Below the pieces are notes generated by a model. It was not told the origin of the DNA. It made no database searches and saw only the letters and a list, made by a program, of their open reading frames with translations. From positions 547,335 to 611,334 of the forward strand of contig NIVC01000033.1 in NCBI GenBank assembly GCA_002269645.1: a DNA stretch of 64,000 bases. The letters run 5' to 3'. This document shows, one piece after another, positions 28,215 to 39,889 of this stretch (the stretch's first letter is position 1; every line of letters starts with the position of its first letter). The position numbers and the translations under genes are program-made. Source of the DNA: Macrostomum lignano (Eukaryota).

Positions 28215-30986
28215 TCAAACCCAACTAGACCGGTCGCACTGAACGCTCTTCCAGGCGGGGCCCTCATCCTGGTTGCGGCAGAAGCTCAGTGGCACCTGGC
28301 GATCGCCAATTCGACAAGACGGCGTCATGACCCGCAGACCCAGAGCTCTGCTGCAGTTTCCAGGCACCCAGTGCAGAGTGGACTGTCCAAGCGGGTCGCA
28401 GTTGTCCCTGTAGCTGCAGCTCTGCAGCATATCCGAAGCAAAATCCTCGGTGAGCTGATCCATGCAGGTCCTGGTGGGCAGCAACTCGTTGAAGACGCTC
28501 ATGCAGATAATTTCCCTGGTCTGATAGCTCTCGTTGGAGCTGTGGTCGCACGTGCACTGTGAGATCGGGTAAAGTATTGACAAAAGTTAATCTCAGTGAT
28601 TTTGATGACTTTATGAAAATAATATCACCCAGCAGCCCATACCTCCGACCATGGAGTGTAGGTCAATCTGGAAAAGGTGTCAGAATCGTTGATAGTCAGG
28701 TAGGGATAATCAACCTGGTCTGGCTCTCCCGTAACTGAAAGAAAAAACCGGACAATGAATTTTTGGAGCCGACGAATAGAAAAAACAGAGCAAAATGACT
28801 GACTCACTTGTGATATCTTGAAATTTCTGCAAATTAAGTTACAAAACGATAATAAAACGAAGTCAAATCGATTTACCTAAGGTAATAACTACGAGTTTCA
28901 GCTAAACCTAGCAGTAACTATGCAATCTTGAGACTGAGCTCAATGCGCAAACTTGTGTGGCAACTCCTTGAAGATCCTGTCTGTGCGATAGTTTCAAGAC
29001 CACATATGTACATGCGTCCGAGTTGTACCCGTACGTTGCCAGTGCAAACTCTTAGTACGACTCTTCTGCTTACCTCCACTCCTCACTCCGCTCTCCTTCT
29101 GTCCGTTTGCCTTTGGGCCTCTTCTCTCTCTCTTCTCTCTCTCTCCTTTCTTATGATTTGCTGCTTCTTCTCACCTCTACCATTGCCTGCTTCTAATATC
29201 TCCCACATTTGTGCTTTTACCCTTAGCTTTTGGAAGCATAGCTCGAATATCGAAAGAAACGCGCCAGATCTGGGCTTCCTTTTGATTCAGAAAATCACCT
29301 CTGCCTCGTTAGCCATTAAGCAGTTTCCAGGCACCCAGTGCAGAGTGGACTGTCCAAGCGGGTCGCAGTTGTCCCTGTAGCTGCAGCTCTGCAGCATATC
29401 CGAAGTAAAATCCTCGGTGAGCTGATCCATGCAGGTCTTGGTGGGCAGCAACTCGTTGAAGACGCTCACGCAAATGATCTGTCTGGTCTGATAGCTCTCG
29501 TTGGAGCTGTGGTCGCACATGCACTGGGGGATCGGGTGATGTATTGATAAAAGTCAATCTCAGTGGTTTTGAATTCATGACAATAATATCACCTAGCAGC
29601 CCATACCTCCGACCATGGAGTGTAGGTCAATCTGGAAAATCTGTCAGAATCGTTAATAGTCAGGTAGGGATAATCAACCTGGTCTGGCTCTCCCGTAACT
29701 CCCGTAACTGAAAAAAAATCGGACAAAGATAATTCTCAAAAGAGAAAAATAGAAACAACAGATGTTACCGACTCACTTGTTTCATGAACGTTCTGCAATA
29801 AAAAAAGACAACAGTAAAATCTCAACAATTCACAAAACAGTCAAAGCCTTAATTAAAAACAACTACTTGCCCCGAAATCGATTTCCGGCATGAAAATATA
29901 TTCTCTAGTGGGAGTGGGCTGCGACACTGCAATTTTTATCGAAGTCCTTAAATAAACTTCTCAGATGAAAATAAGACAGCCGTACTTCACTTAAAATTAA
30001 AAATAGTATACCAGAAACAGTAAACTTTGTCACTAAATCCGACTTTTCAGTAACGCCCACAATATCAAGGTTCGAACTTCGAGAAAACGATGCCAATGTT
30101 GAAGTTGTTGATGATAAGGTCGAGCGAGCGGCGCTTGTCACTTCCGGTTCCACAGTGGAAACAGTAGACGCAAACGCAGTGATCGCAGTCTCGGCCTCGC
30201 TACTGGGCGTCGCGCCACTAACGGTCGAGCTCTCAACTGTCTGTGTCGACTCCGTGCTCAATGTCGGGCCTGTCGCTTCTGGTACACTCACGCTCGGCGT
30301 CTCGACACTGGCGGCGCTTGTGGCTTCCGGTTCCGCAGTGCTCGCAGTCTCGGCCACGCCGCTACTCACGGTTGAGATCTCAACTGTCTGTAGGAGATTA
30401 GGAGCCCAACAAATATTTATGAGTGGTTAGAAGCGGTGAGAAGTTCTGAAAGCACACCTTTGCCAGAAGTGATTAAGCTTCAGATGCATATCGGACCACC
30501 CAGGTATCTCCTCAATCCTCAGAGACCGGTAACGCGCATGAAAGAGAGGAGTCGGACTTTCAGGGGAAGAACAGCTCTTATTGCGCGACAGAATTCACAC
30601 AACTATTACCACTACCTGTACATGTACGTATATATGTACTCTATACTTCTAAAATCTAATTGTAATGCAGGCCCTATTTCGCCGCAGGCTGACTACGTCA
30701 ACGGCCTGGCACATATCTCACGTACATGCTTGGGACAGCCGCTGTGGTTGCAGACCCGGGTGCGGCCAGTTTCAGTCGCAGAATTTGCCGTGTGAGATTG
30801 TTTTGGCCGGACAAAATTTTCAATTTTTTTGCCAGCCTCGACGGCATTGGCGAGCGGCTGTCGCGGCAGCAAGTCGGTCGAGTGGACGTTGTTCGTCTTG
30901 TCGGCTCTGTGAGGCTTTGCTGCACAGACCCCTAGAAGAAGCAGCAGCGACAGCAGCATAATTGGAGCTCTGAGCAACGACTCCAT
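28215..30986 (-). CDS. Secreted Ser/Thr-rich protein with ADAMTS-type thrombospondin-1-like repeats, about 471 aa in the fullest model
   Basis: Signal peptide (MLLSLLLLLGVCAA). Exons 30986-30726, 30387-30012, 29707-29607, 29523-29299, 28826-28808, 28734-28643 and 28556-28215 join in frame (1416 nt). Spliced motif is TPWSEC(M/T)CD...QTRxIIC...C...C...C, followed by HWVPGNCS...C...C...C. Use of the 29299 donor and of the microexon is uncertain. Confidence 0.65.
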
Positions 30987-31569
30987 GACACCGGCGCTGT
31001 ATAAAAGAAGTTCAGCTTAACTAAGAACTAAATACATGTATAAGCCTTGGTAAACTTGCAAAGTTTATAGACTGCATATGACTGTTAGCAGATTACACGC
31101 AAGATCAGTTTTATCAGCTTCTTCGTTAGCACCCAGCAAGATACTTTGGCGTTAGTGTGGTCGTCAGAACGACATAAAGCAACAAAAGCACACACGAACG
31201 TATTTGCAAAACTCGTACGTGCTATTCGAATTCGAATACGTGCAATCACACATTTTAACACGATGTTTACCGTAAACGCGAATAAATGTTTAAAAAACCG
31301 GATGAAGGGTGCGGCTCTTCTATTGAACAGAAACCCTCGATATTGTCAAGTAGTCGTCTTTTCCACAGCACGCGAGTACATGTACTGGCCCAGCAACATG
31401 ACGGACGGCCTAAGATTTTTGTCGAAACTGAGGTTTCGAAACTGAGTCAACATCGGGCAAGGGCATAGAAGTCGTTACTTTTCCTCGATGATTCTTGAAA
31501 AGCGAAAATAGGACAAGAAAATTGGCTTCAATAGTGAATATTAGTACGAGTAACTGGAAAAGGTGCGAT

Positions 31570-32472
31570 TCTTATAAAATAGGCTTTAGTACCGATCTAG
31601 GAACTTGAGCAGTTAAATTCCTTGAAAAATAGGCTTCGGTACTGATTCCTAGCAACTGGAGCAGTTGAATTTCTTGGAAATAGGCTTCAGTACTGATTCC
31701 TAGAAACTGAAGCAGTTGAATTCCTTGGAAAATAGGCTTCAGTACTGATTCCTAGAAACTGGAGCAGTTGAATTTCTTTGAAATAGGCTTCAGTACTGAT
31801 TCCTAGAAACTGGAGCAGTTGAATTTCTTTGAAATAGGCTTCAGTACTGATTCCTAGAACCTGAAGCAGTTGAACTTCAGTACTGATTCCTAGAAACTGA
31901 AGCAGTTGAATTTCTTGGAAATTAGGCTTCGGTACTGATTCCTAGAAACTGAAGCAGTTGAATTCCTTGGAAATTAGGTTTCAGTACTGATTCCTAGAAA
32001 CTGAAGCAGTTGAATTTCTTGGAATTTAGGCCTCAGTACTGATTCCTAGCAACTGGAGCAGTTGAATTTCTTTGAAATAGGCTTCAGTACTGATTCCTAG
32101 CAACTGGAGCAGTTGAATTTCTTGGAAAAAGGCTTCAGTACTGATTCCTAGAACCTGAAGCAGTTGAACTTCAGTACTGATTCCTAGAAACTGAAGCAGT
32201 TGAATTTCTTTGAAATAGGCTTCAGTACTGATTCCTAGAACCTGAAGCAGTTGAACTTCAGTACTGATTCCTAGAAACTGAAGCAGTTGAATTTCTTGGA
32301 AATTAGGCTTCAGTACTGATTCCTAGAAACTGAAGCAGTTGAATTTCTTTAAAATAGGCTTCAGTACTGATTCCTAGAAACTGAAGCAGTTGAATTTCTT
32401 TGAAATAGGCTTCAGTACTGATTCCTAGAAACTGGAGCAGTTGAATTTCTTTGAAATAGGCTTCAGTACTGA
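31570..32472. repeat. 51-bp minisatellite AGGCTTCAGTACTGATTCCTAGAAACTGAAGCAGTTGAATTTCTTTGAAAT
   Basis: Tandem units, some internally deleted; contains the TCAGTACTGA palindrome. Confidence 0.93.
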
Positions 32473-32759
32473 TTGAGGCTGTAAAGTGACTAAAGCAAAC
32501 CAAAAGTAAAAAAGTTCAATAGAACCGATGCGCCAATATTTCTGTTTTTCAATCCAAAAAGGCCCAACAATGGCCAAAAAGGTAGACAGCTTGTATTTTC
32601 TTACTATACTACTGACAACTCGCTAACAGTAGTAGTATATCTAACGAGTGAAATGCACTGAGAACAAGGCGAAGATTAAAAACGGATTGCAAAAAAAACT
32701 GAACCGGAGGGAGGACAGGAAAACCTTCGTCAGTGCGGAAACTTTTAAAACACGACTGG

Positions 32760-34944
32760 TCAGACCAAATCAGCTTTGAAGATCTTCACTGTGCAGTCGG
32801 CGCTGCCGGACACCACGTGGCCGGTCTCCGACCAGTCAACGCTGGTGACGATGCCGCTGTGGTCCCTCAGATCGTACAGCGGCGCTTTCGTGCAGCGCAG
32901 GTCCCACAGTTTAACGACGGTGTCGCAGCCGCAGCTGGCGAACAGCTGACTGCCGGGCTGGGGACACCAGCGCACCCCGCACACCCAGGTGTCGTGGGCG
33001 TTGAAGCACGCGATCAGGGTGTCCCCGGAGCTCCTGGGATCGTACAGTCGGGGCTGCGGACCTGCACAACCGGCTAGCAGGGCGCGGCCGTCCGGTCGGC
33101 TGTGCAGGCTCAGCACCGCGCTCGGCGCCCTGAGCATGGCGGACTCGGCGCCAACCTCCACGTCCCACAGACGGGCGCTGCAGTCGGCTCCGCCGGAGAA
33201 CAGCTGATTGGCACCGGCGTAGGCCACGGCGTGAACAGCGTCGCGATGCCCAGCCAGGGTGCGCAACGGCACCCGGCTGGGGACGGAGTGCTTGCTCTGG
33301 TGGCTGATGCCGCCTGGTCGGCGAGAGGAGAGCGACTGTTAGTGAGGGCTAATAATATCCCAGCAACTGCGGATCTGGGAGGCTGGCCCAGCAACTGAGG
33401 ATCTGGGAGGCTGGCCCAGCAACTGAGGATCTGGGAGGCTGGCCCAGCAACTGAGGATCTGGGAGGCTGGCCCAACAGCTGAGGTTTTGGGAGTATGACA
33501 GATGGCTCAGCAACTGAAGATCCGTGGGGCTACAGCAACTGGCATCAGATAATCCAGGTGGTGGGCAAACCTCAAAGCAACGAAGTTCACACAGCAGCGC
33601 ACCTGTCTCAGCCGCCGTGCCCTCGTCGCTGGAGCGCCAAAGTTTCACCTGGCCGTCGAAGCTGCCGGATGCGAAATGGCCGAACGCCGGGCCGGGACTG
33701 CCGGCCGCGCAGAGCACGGAGGAGGCGTGGCCCTTGCACACGGCCAGGCAGCGAGCAGCGCCGGCCTCCCAGCGCCAGATCCGGCAGTCCTGGTCGTGCC
33801 CGGCCGACACAAACTCGCAGCTGGTGTCGGCGTCGCCTTGACCATCGGTCGTCGTAGTCAGCCAATCGACGGCTTTCACTTCTTTCTCGTGAGCGTCGGG
33901 CAGCTTCAGGCTGAGCTCGGCGCCGCCGTCGATGTCGCCAATGGCTACGCTGTAGTCATAGCAACCGACTAGGAGGTGCCGGCCGCGGGCGCGCACGCAG
34001 CTGACCAAATTGCCCAGCGCCAGCTCGGCGTGCGGCGCCGGAGCAGAGCGCCGGGGGAAATATTCGGCGCGAAGAACTGCGTCCATGGCCAGGCCGCGGT
34101 CTTCGACCAGCTGGCGAAGACTGCCGACCAGCAGCTCGTCCTGCACCAGGAATTCGAACTCAGCTGGCGTCGGACCGGAGTTTGCGTCCTCGGAGGCTGC
34201 GAGATTCAAGAGGAAGGGGATCCGAGAGGATTACTGTTAGCAAATGGATGGGAACTGGATGGTTTTGATGGAGAATGACGACAGGAAACTGTTGATGAGG
34301 CATTGGGACTGGGAAGAATTTTGTGAGGGATAGAGATTGCGAAGTAGTTGATGAGGGACGGAGACTGGAAAGTGTTGATGAGGGATGGAGAGTGGAGGCT
34401 GGGGAGAAGTTGGTGAGGGACGGAGACTGGAAAGTGTTGATGAGGGTCGGAGACTGGAAAGTGTTGATGAGGGATGGAGACTGGGAAGTAGCTGATGAGG
34501 GATGGAGACTGGGAAGTAGTTGATGAGGGGCGGAGACTGGGAAGTAGTTGGAGGGACGGAGACTGGGAAGTAGTTGGGGGGACGGAGACTGGGTAGTTGG
34601 AGGGACGGAGACTGGGTAGTTGGAGGGACGGAGATTCGGAAGTTGTTGACGAGGGATGGAGACAGGAAATGCAGTAAAAACCACTGTGCAATCAGGACTC
34701 ACCATGATCTGAGGCCAGAAGACTCTTAACCATGTCACTGAGGTCCCCCCTGCCGCTGTCTAGTTGAACATAGATCGGATAGTTGCTAACAGAAAATCTA
34801 AAAGCATGTAAACAAGTAGCATTTCGACTCTGTTTTAGTACAGTACAGTTAGATTTATTTTCATGATAGACACCAGAATGAAACTCACTTAGAATCCTTA
34901 GTCACAAAGGAAACTTGCACTCTCTCTGTCTCTGCATCATCCAT
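32760..34944 (-). CDS. WDR12: Ribosome biogenesis protein WDR12/Ytm1, 4 exons, about 432 aa
   Basis: Exons 34944-34889, 34797-34703, 34196-33603 and 33313-32760 are phase-consistent (1299 nt). N-terminal ubiquitin-like/NLE region (VQVSFVTK...DLSDMVKSLL...EFEFLV...EYF..SAP), then WD40 repeats ending VKLWDLRCTKAPLYDLRDH...VDWS...VSGSADCTVKIF, characteristic of WDR12. Confidence 0.9.
33358..33480. repeat. 28-bp minisatellite GGCTGGCCCAGCAACTGAGGATCTGGGA in WDR12 intron 3
   Basis: About 4-5 tandem units. Confidence 0.85.
34330..34670. repeat. Degenerate G-rich minisatellite (GGGACGGAGACTGGGAAGTAGTTG-like) in WDR12 intron 2
   Basis: Tandem degenerate units. Confidence 0.8.
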
Positions 34945-35503
34945 GGTTGATGTTGAGCACTGGAATTCGATTTGTAAATATTAGTCAAATAAAAAGTAGT
35001 TTGAGCATGACAAGCTTGAAAATAGCTATTGAAAGCTAACTGGAAATAACCTATAGAAAACCAATAGATTTGTCAGAAAATTATATTAAGTAATAATATA
35101 ATAAGACATTGACATAACCTTTACTCTTTCTTATTAAATATTATTACCAGTTACAACTCAGCCAAAAGTAACTAAAACAGCATTTGGTAGACACAGTAAG
35201 TGACTCAGTTACTCAAAGCTGGTTCCAGAATGTTTAGACAGGGGATGAAGCTGTCTAGGACAGACCACAGCCCAGACAGCCTAGACTAAAAAGTTGGACA
35301 TATTTTTGAAGGTGCCACATGCCCATATTGGCTATATACCTGATAACCAGGCTCAAAAAAGATCTATTTCTCTATTAGATCATCATTTGCAATGATAAAT
35401 GGATTCTTGAATAAGATTAGACTTGATTAGACTTGATTAGGAGGTTCTGTCTTATTTTCTATATAATAGTAGGCCTACTAATATCTATCCAAAAAGCCTT
35501 TAG

Positions 35504-36248
35504 CCCTATTGGAATAAGTTGACAAAATGTGGACAACCGTCCGTCGCATTTTTGGATTCTCCTGGTGTCGCGTCGCGCAACAGTGGTGTCAAGTGGTGTG
35601 TCGCATCGCGCGACACTGTGGAAACCTGGTGTCGTCATGCGTCGTGTCGTGCGACACGACACAACGAGACGCGAAAGTGTGGCAACTTGGCGGCTGGTGT
35701 CGTCATGTGTCGCGTTGCGGCCTAGATCTGCAGCCAAAACCTCGCAAACTGTGTTTCATTGTAATAATATGTTCACGGTTGTTTCTTGGTATTTAAATGT
35801 TTCAAACATGTTTGATAAAAACTAATTCTTGAATTGTTCTTTTTTATTTTGACGGTAAAATAACTAATACTTCAAATATAATTTTTAGAAATGTTACTTG
35901 TTAGTTACAATGCATGCGCTGTTTTTCTAATTGTTGTACCTTTGTTGTTTTACTGTTTATTGTTTTTAAATTTCATTTCTTTTTCCGCAAAATTGAAAGG
36001 AATACTCTTGTCCCTCGCTCCATGGTCTTGGTGTCGGGAGTGAACGGCAGAACGAGAATTGTCAATTGCAACGTGGCTGCTGTGGCGTCCTTCCCCCCCC
36101 CCTGGTCATTTGGTCAACAGACATCGGTGTTGTGTCGCACGTTGCGCCCCCCAGTCAACAAAATTTGGTGTCGCATCGCACTTTTGAGGGCACAATCTTG
36201 GCACCTATGTTGCGCGTCCGCAGGTTTTTGAAACTTATTCCAATAGGG
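35504..36248. mobile_element. MITE family A copy 1 (TIR CCCTATTGGAATAAGTT, 8-bp TSD GCCTTTAG)
   Basis: Perfect TIRs; TSD at 35496-35503 and 36249-36256; homologous to 58682-59338 in the opposite orientation. Confidence 0.9.
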
Positions 36249-37276
36249 GCCTTTAGAATTTTTTATCTACCAATGCTAAGTTTGTCATCAAGAAATTTTT
36301 TATATTAAACAAACTAGTAGTAAACTAAGACTATGAGTTATAAAATACCACTAGCTTTTTACCTACTTAACATTCTTTGTTAAAAGAAAGGCCTTTTTAT
36401 ATATCTACAATTAGGCATACTAGCTAACCTTGCCAATCTAACTAGTATACATTATAGAAAACCAAAGGTAAATTGTAAAAATTGACAAATCTTTCAAAAA
36501 AATCATAAAATTTTATTTAAAAACTCTTCTTCTTTTGGTAAATTGCAAGAAGTTGCACTCTTAGTAAAAAATTGTATAACTATTAGTATAAATATATGAA
36601 AATTCTATAATTAGGCCTAGGCATCCAATAAAATGCAGAATCTACAGTAGAATTGGAATAGAATAGGCTAGGCCTAACATAGTAAAATGCAGAATCTACA
36701 GTGGAATTGGAATAGAATAGCACAATAAAATGTAGAATCTATAATAGAATAGGGCCTAGTAAATTGTAGAATGAGCTATGGATTCTACTAACTGTTAAAT
36801 AAAATGTGAATGTAGGGCAGCAGAAAAGTGCTATGAACTATACATGTAATCTTATAATTGTAAAACCAAAATATTAAACCAAACTGCTAGAGAAAGTTAA
36901 GATAATATTTATTCACTTATTAGCCATATTAGGCCCAAGCTATTTATAAGAGAAATAATATGCACTACACAGTGCAATGCACTAGGCTTACTAGGGCCTA
37001 TACAATAGTTGTTGTCTAACTTGTCTCATTGACTAGGCCCTATAGCTAGGGCAGGCCTAATAAAGGCCAAAGTTAAATATGGGGCCAAGCCAACCTATGG
37101 CTATATGCTAATCAAGCTATATGCATAATGCATTCTATTTAACCAAGTATTACTATCAAATAAAATTGACATAAAAGCAAATGAATAACATGAGTTCAGC
37201 CCTTAGCCCTAGGCCTACATCCATCCATGTCACTGCCACAACATTTGGTCCTAGATCATCTCAATACAATACTGAC

Positions 37277-37596
37277 CAGGGGCAGATTTAGGGGGAGGGG
37301 CAGCTGCCCCCCCCCAAATAGCTTGATAGAACATATTTGTGCCTCCCAAAAACCTAAGTTTGCGCCCCCTAAACTAGATTTTTCGCCCCAAACACCTTTT
37401 TTGCGCCCCTAAGCTTGACTTTTCGCCCCCTACACGCATTTTTGGCGCCCCTAAGCTTGATTTTTCGCCCCCCTATCTAAATCTATACGCAGTTTTTGAA
37501 CCCCCTAGCTTAAAAATTGGCGCCCTTTATACTCGTGTTGGCGCCCCAAACTTAGACCGCCCCCGCCCCCAAAATGAAACTCTAGATCCGCCACTG
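37277..37596. mobile_element. hAT-type MITE (CAG termini, 8-bp TSD ATACTGAC)
   Basis: TIRs CAGGGGCAGATTTAGG / CTCTAGATCCGCCACTG; TSD at 37269-37276 and 37597-37604; internal CGCCCCTAAGCTTGA repeats. Confidence 0.88.
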
Positions 37597-38045
37597 ATAC
37601 TGACAATAGGCCTACCGCCCTATGGCCTTATCAAGTTTTACTTTTACCGTCTGTCTATTTAACGTAAGAGTAGACTAGCTGTGTCGCCTGCGTTACAATA
37701 GGCCTGAAATCTAAAATTAGATAGATGGACTGAAAGCAAGACAAGGCCAATAAAAATTAAATAAGCTTAGGACAAAACTAGAAACTGAAATGAAGGACCG
37801 GTCACCGGACACATTCCATCATATACTTTCCTGGAAAATACGAATTGCACGATAGGAACTTTGAAAAGAGCTTGAGTTCACGTTAGAAGTAAATTTTTAA
37901 AACAAAAATTAAAAGGTTTTAAGGGTTTTAAATTTCAGTTTATGCATCGGTTATATTTTCCCTACATTTAGCAGGCGACACAGCTAAATTAATGATTGCT
38001 GTTCAAATGTGAAATAACTAGATTTAAGACATCTGCACACATCTG

Positions 38046-38843
38046 GGATAACAACAACAGCAATTGATACGCGGCCCTGCAAGCAGAGGTCACAGTTAGA
38101 GCAGGGCAGATGGCACGCCGCAGAGCCTGGGAGCGAACAAAGTCCTCTCCGTTGGCAGTACGGGCGCCCCAGCGTCGCACAGCAGGCAGTCCACGTATCG
38201 AAGGGTTCGGGCCTGACCCCGCCTGAACGGACCCTGTAAGGTGAGTAGCAGGACGTCCTGAGCAGGTTGGGGGCAGTAGCCCTCCGCCCGGATTATGTGG
38301 CCCGCCAGTTGAAGTCGCCGCCGGCGTAGGATGGTGGACGGGCGCGGCAGCTTGGCCCAATCGTACAGGGCCTCGGTCCCGACGCTCTCGTCAGCTCGAA
38401 AGGCCGCACGGAGCAGCCCTGAGTGCGCCGAGTCCAGCTGCCGCTCAAGCGTAGCCGTCAGCGCCCACGTCTCGGCGTTGTATAGCAGGACGGTTTCGAC
38501 CACCGCCTGCCACAGCTAGCCGAGCCCTCTCGCGGTCGGGTATGCGCTTCGGACTGGAGGACGGCTCGGGTCGAACGAAAGGCGGCCCAGGCAAGTCCTC
38601 TGCGCCGCCGGAGGTCCTCTTTCACGTTGGGCACCAGACCGCCAAAGTAGGTGAACCGCTGGAAGTTTGCGATCTTGGTCGTCTGCCCGTATGCGCCGCG
38701 GCACGTCCAGGTGTCCGCTGGGATGTCGGCCGGCACAGTCAGCACCTCGGTCTTTAGCTTGTTGACGATCAGACCAACGCTCGATGCCACCTCGACCAGC
38801 CTGCTGATCTGGCGCTGGGCGCCTTCAACGGACGAGGACAGGA
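38046..38843 (-). mobile_element. 5'-truncated non-LTR retrotransposon (RTE-like RT C-terminus), frameshifted
   Basis: Motifs GLIVNKLKTEVL, FTYFGG, RRRRGLAWAAF, VETVLLYNAETW; candidate 7-bp TSD ACATCTG at 38039-38045 and 38844-38850. Confidence 0.85.
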
Positions 38844-39889
38844 ACATCTGACATGATGATGTGTGACGAAGTAAATCTAGCGCTGCGTAGCAGGCCTTGG
38901 TACTCAAGAACGAACAGAACAGAATGCATGAAGTTCAAGAAAGCGATGCATTCAGCTTTACGCTCAATTGCTGAGTTGGCCAAGTTTTTCAGAGTAGCGA
39001 CGAAAAACGAGTTATTAATAATAGATCAAAACGTTATAAATTTTAGCAGCGACAGTTACGATTGGAAAGGACTACTAGGACTCCTAGTGGTCCTTGATGA
39101 TTGGTTGAAAGTTACGTGGACGCTGCATGGGCAACATTATTGATTGGCTGGAAATTTATCACTTGCCGACATATAAAAACCGATTCTACGCTCGTAGAAT
39201 ATACATGTACACAGAAGTTATACAAAATAGGATACATTTACGTAGTCTACTGACAGTAGAGACAAAAACATTTCACAAGTTAAATCAACCCCGCCAACAT
39301 GTATATATGTGTATATGTAATGAAGCTGGATCGCTGATGAGTGACAGCTAGGTTCGGTGAGAATTCGCAGGGTAGGCAGTAGCCATAAAATTAAGTTGCG
39401 CTTGTCTACAATATGGCTTGAAAGCTAGCTGGTCAGTTAAATTGGTGTTGCAGTAGCAAGGAAATGTGCATCAAATACACGCTCAATCTACGGCAACATA
39501 CTTACGAGCATTTTACACAGATTTTGTATTTTACAGCACCATATCGGTTCCAAGCAGAGAAAATTGTGCACACATGTGCATGTACTTAGTGTAAGCACAA
39601 AATTTTTTTTGTTTATGATATCATAAATTATGGTTAACATTATGAAGTTATTCAACAATATACTTTGAGCTATAACAATCAAACTCCATGAGCAATTTTG
39701 GATTAATCGGTACATGTAAATAAATCATTTAGGTATTACACAGATCAAGTTCCGCCAATATGACAATAAAATCAACCCATTTCAAATAGTGCATCTGTGC
39801 ATGCATCGGAATGGAATCTGATTTTCCAAATGGGCATGAAAATACACGTGCGGTCTACATGTATATAATTGCGTAGCTCAAATATTCAG

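Noticed and set aside
28870-29290. Purine-rich (minus-strand) segment between the TSP1 cassettes that looks coding (EKKQQIIRKERERRER...)
   Set aside because: No splice sites in a compatible phase, no recognisable domain and no TSD; left unannotated.
35459-36308. ORFs in this region and their near-copies at 58667-59323
   Set aside because: They lie inside non-coding MITE family A and show no transposase motifs.
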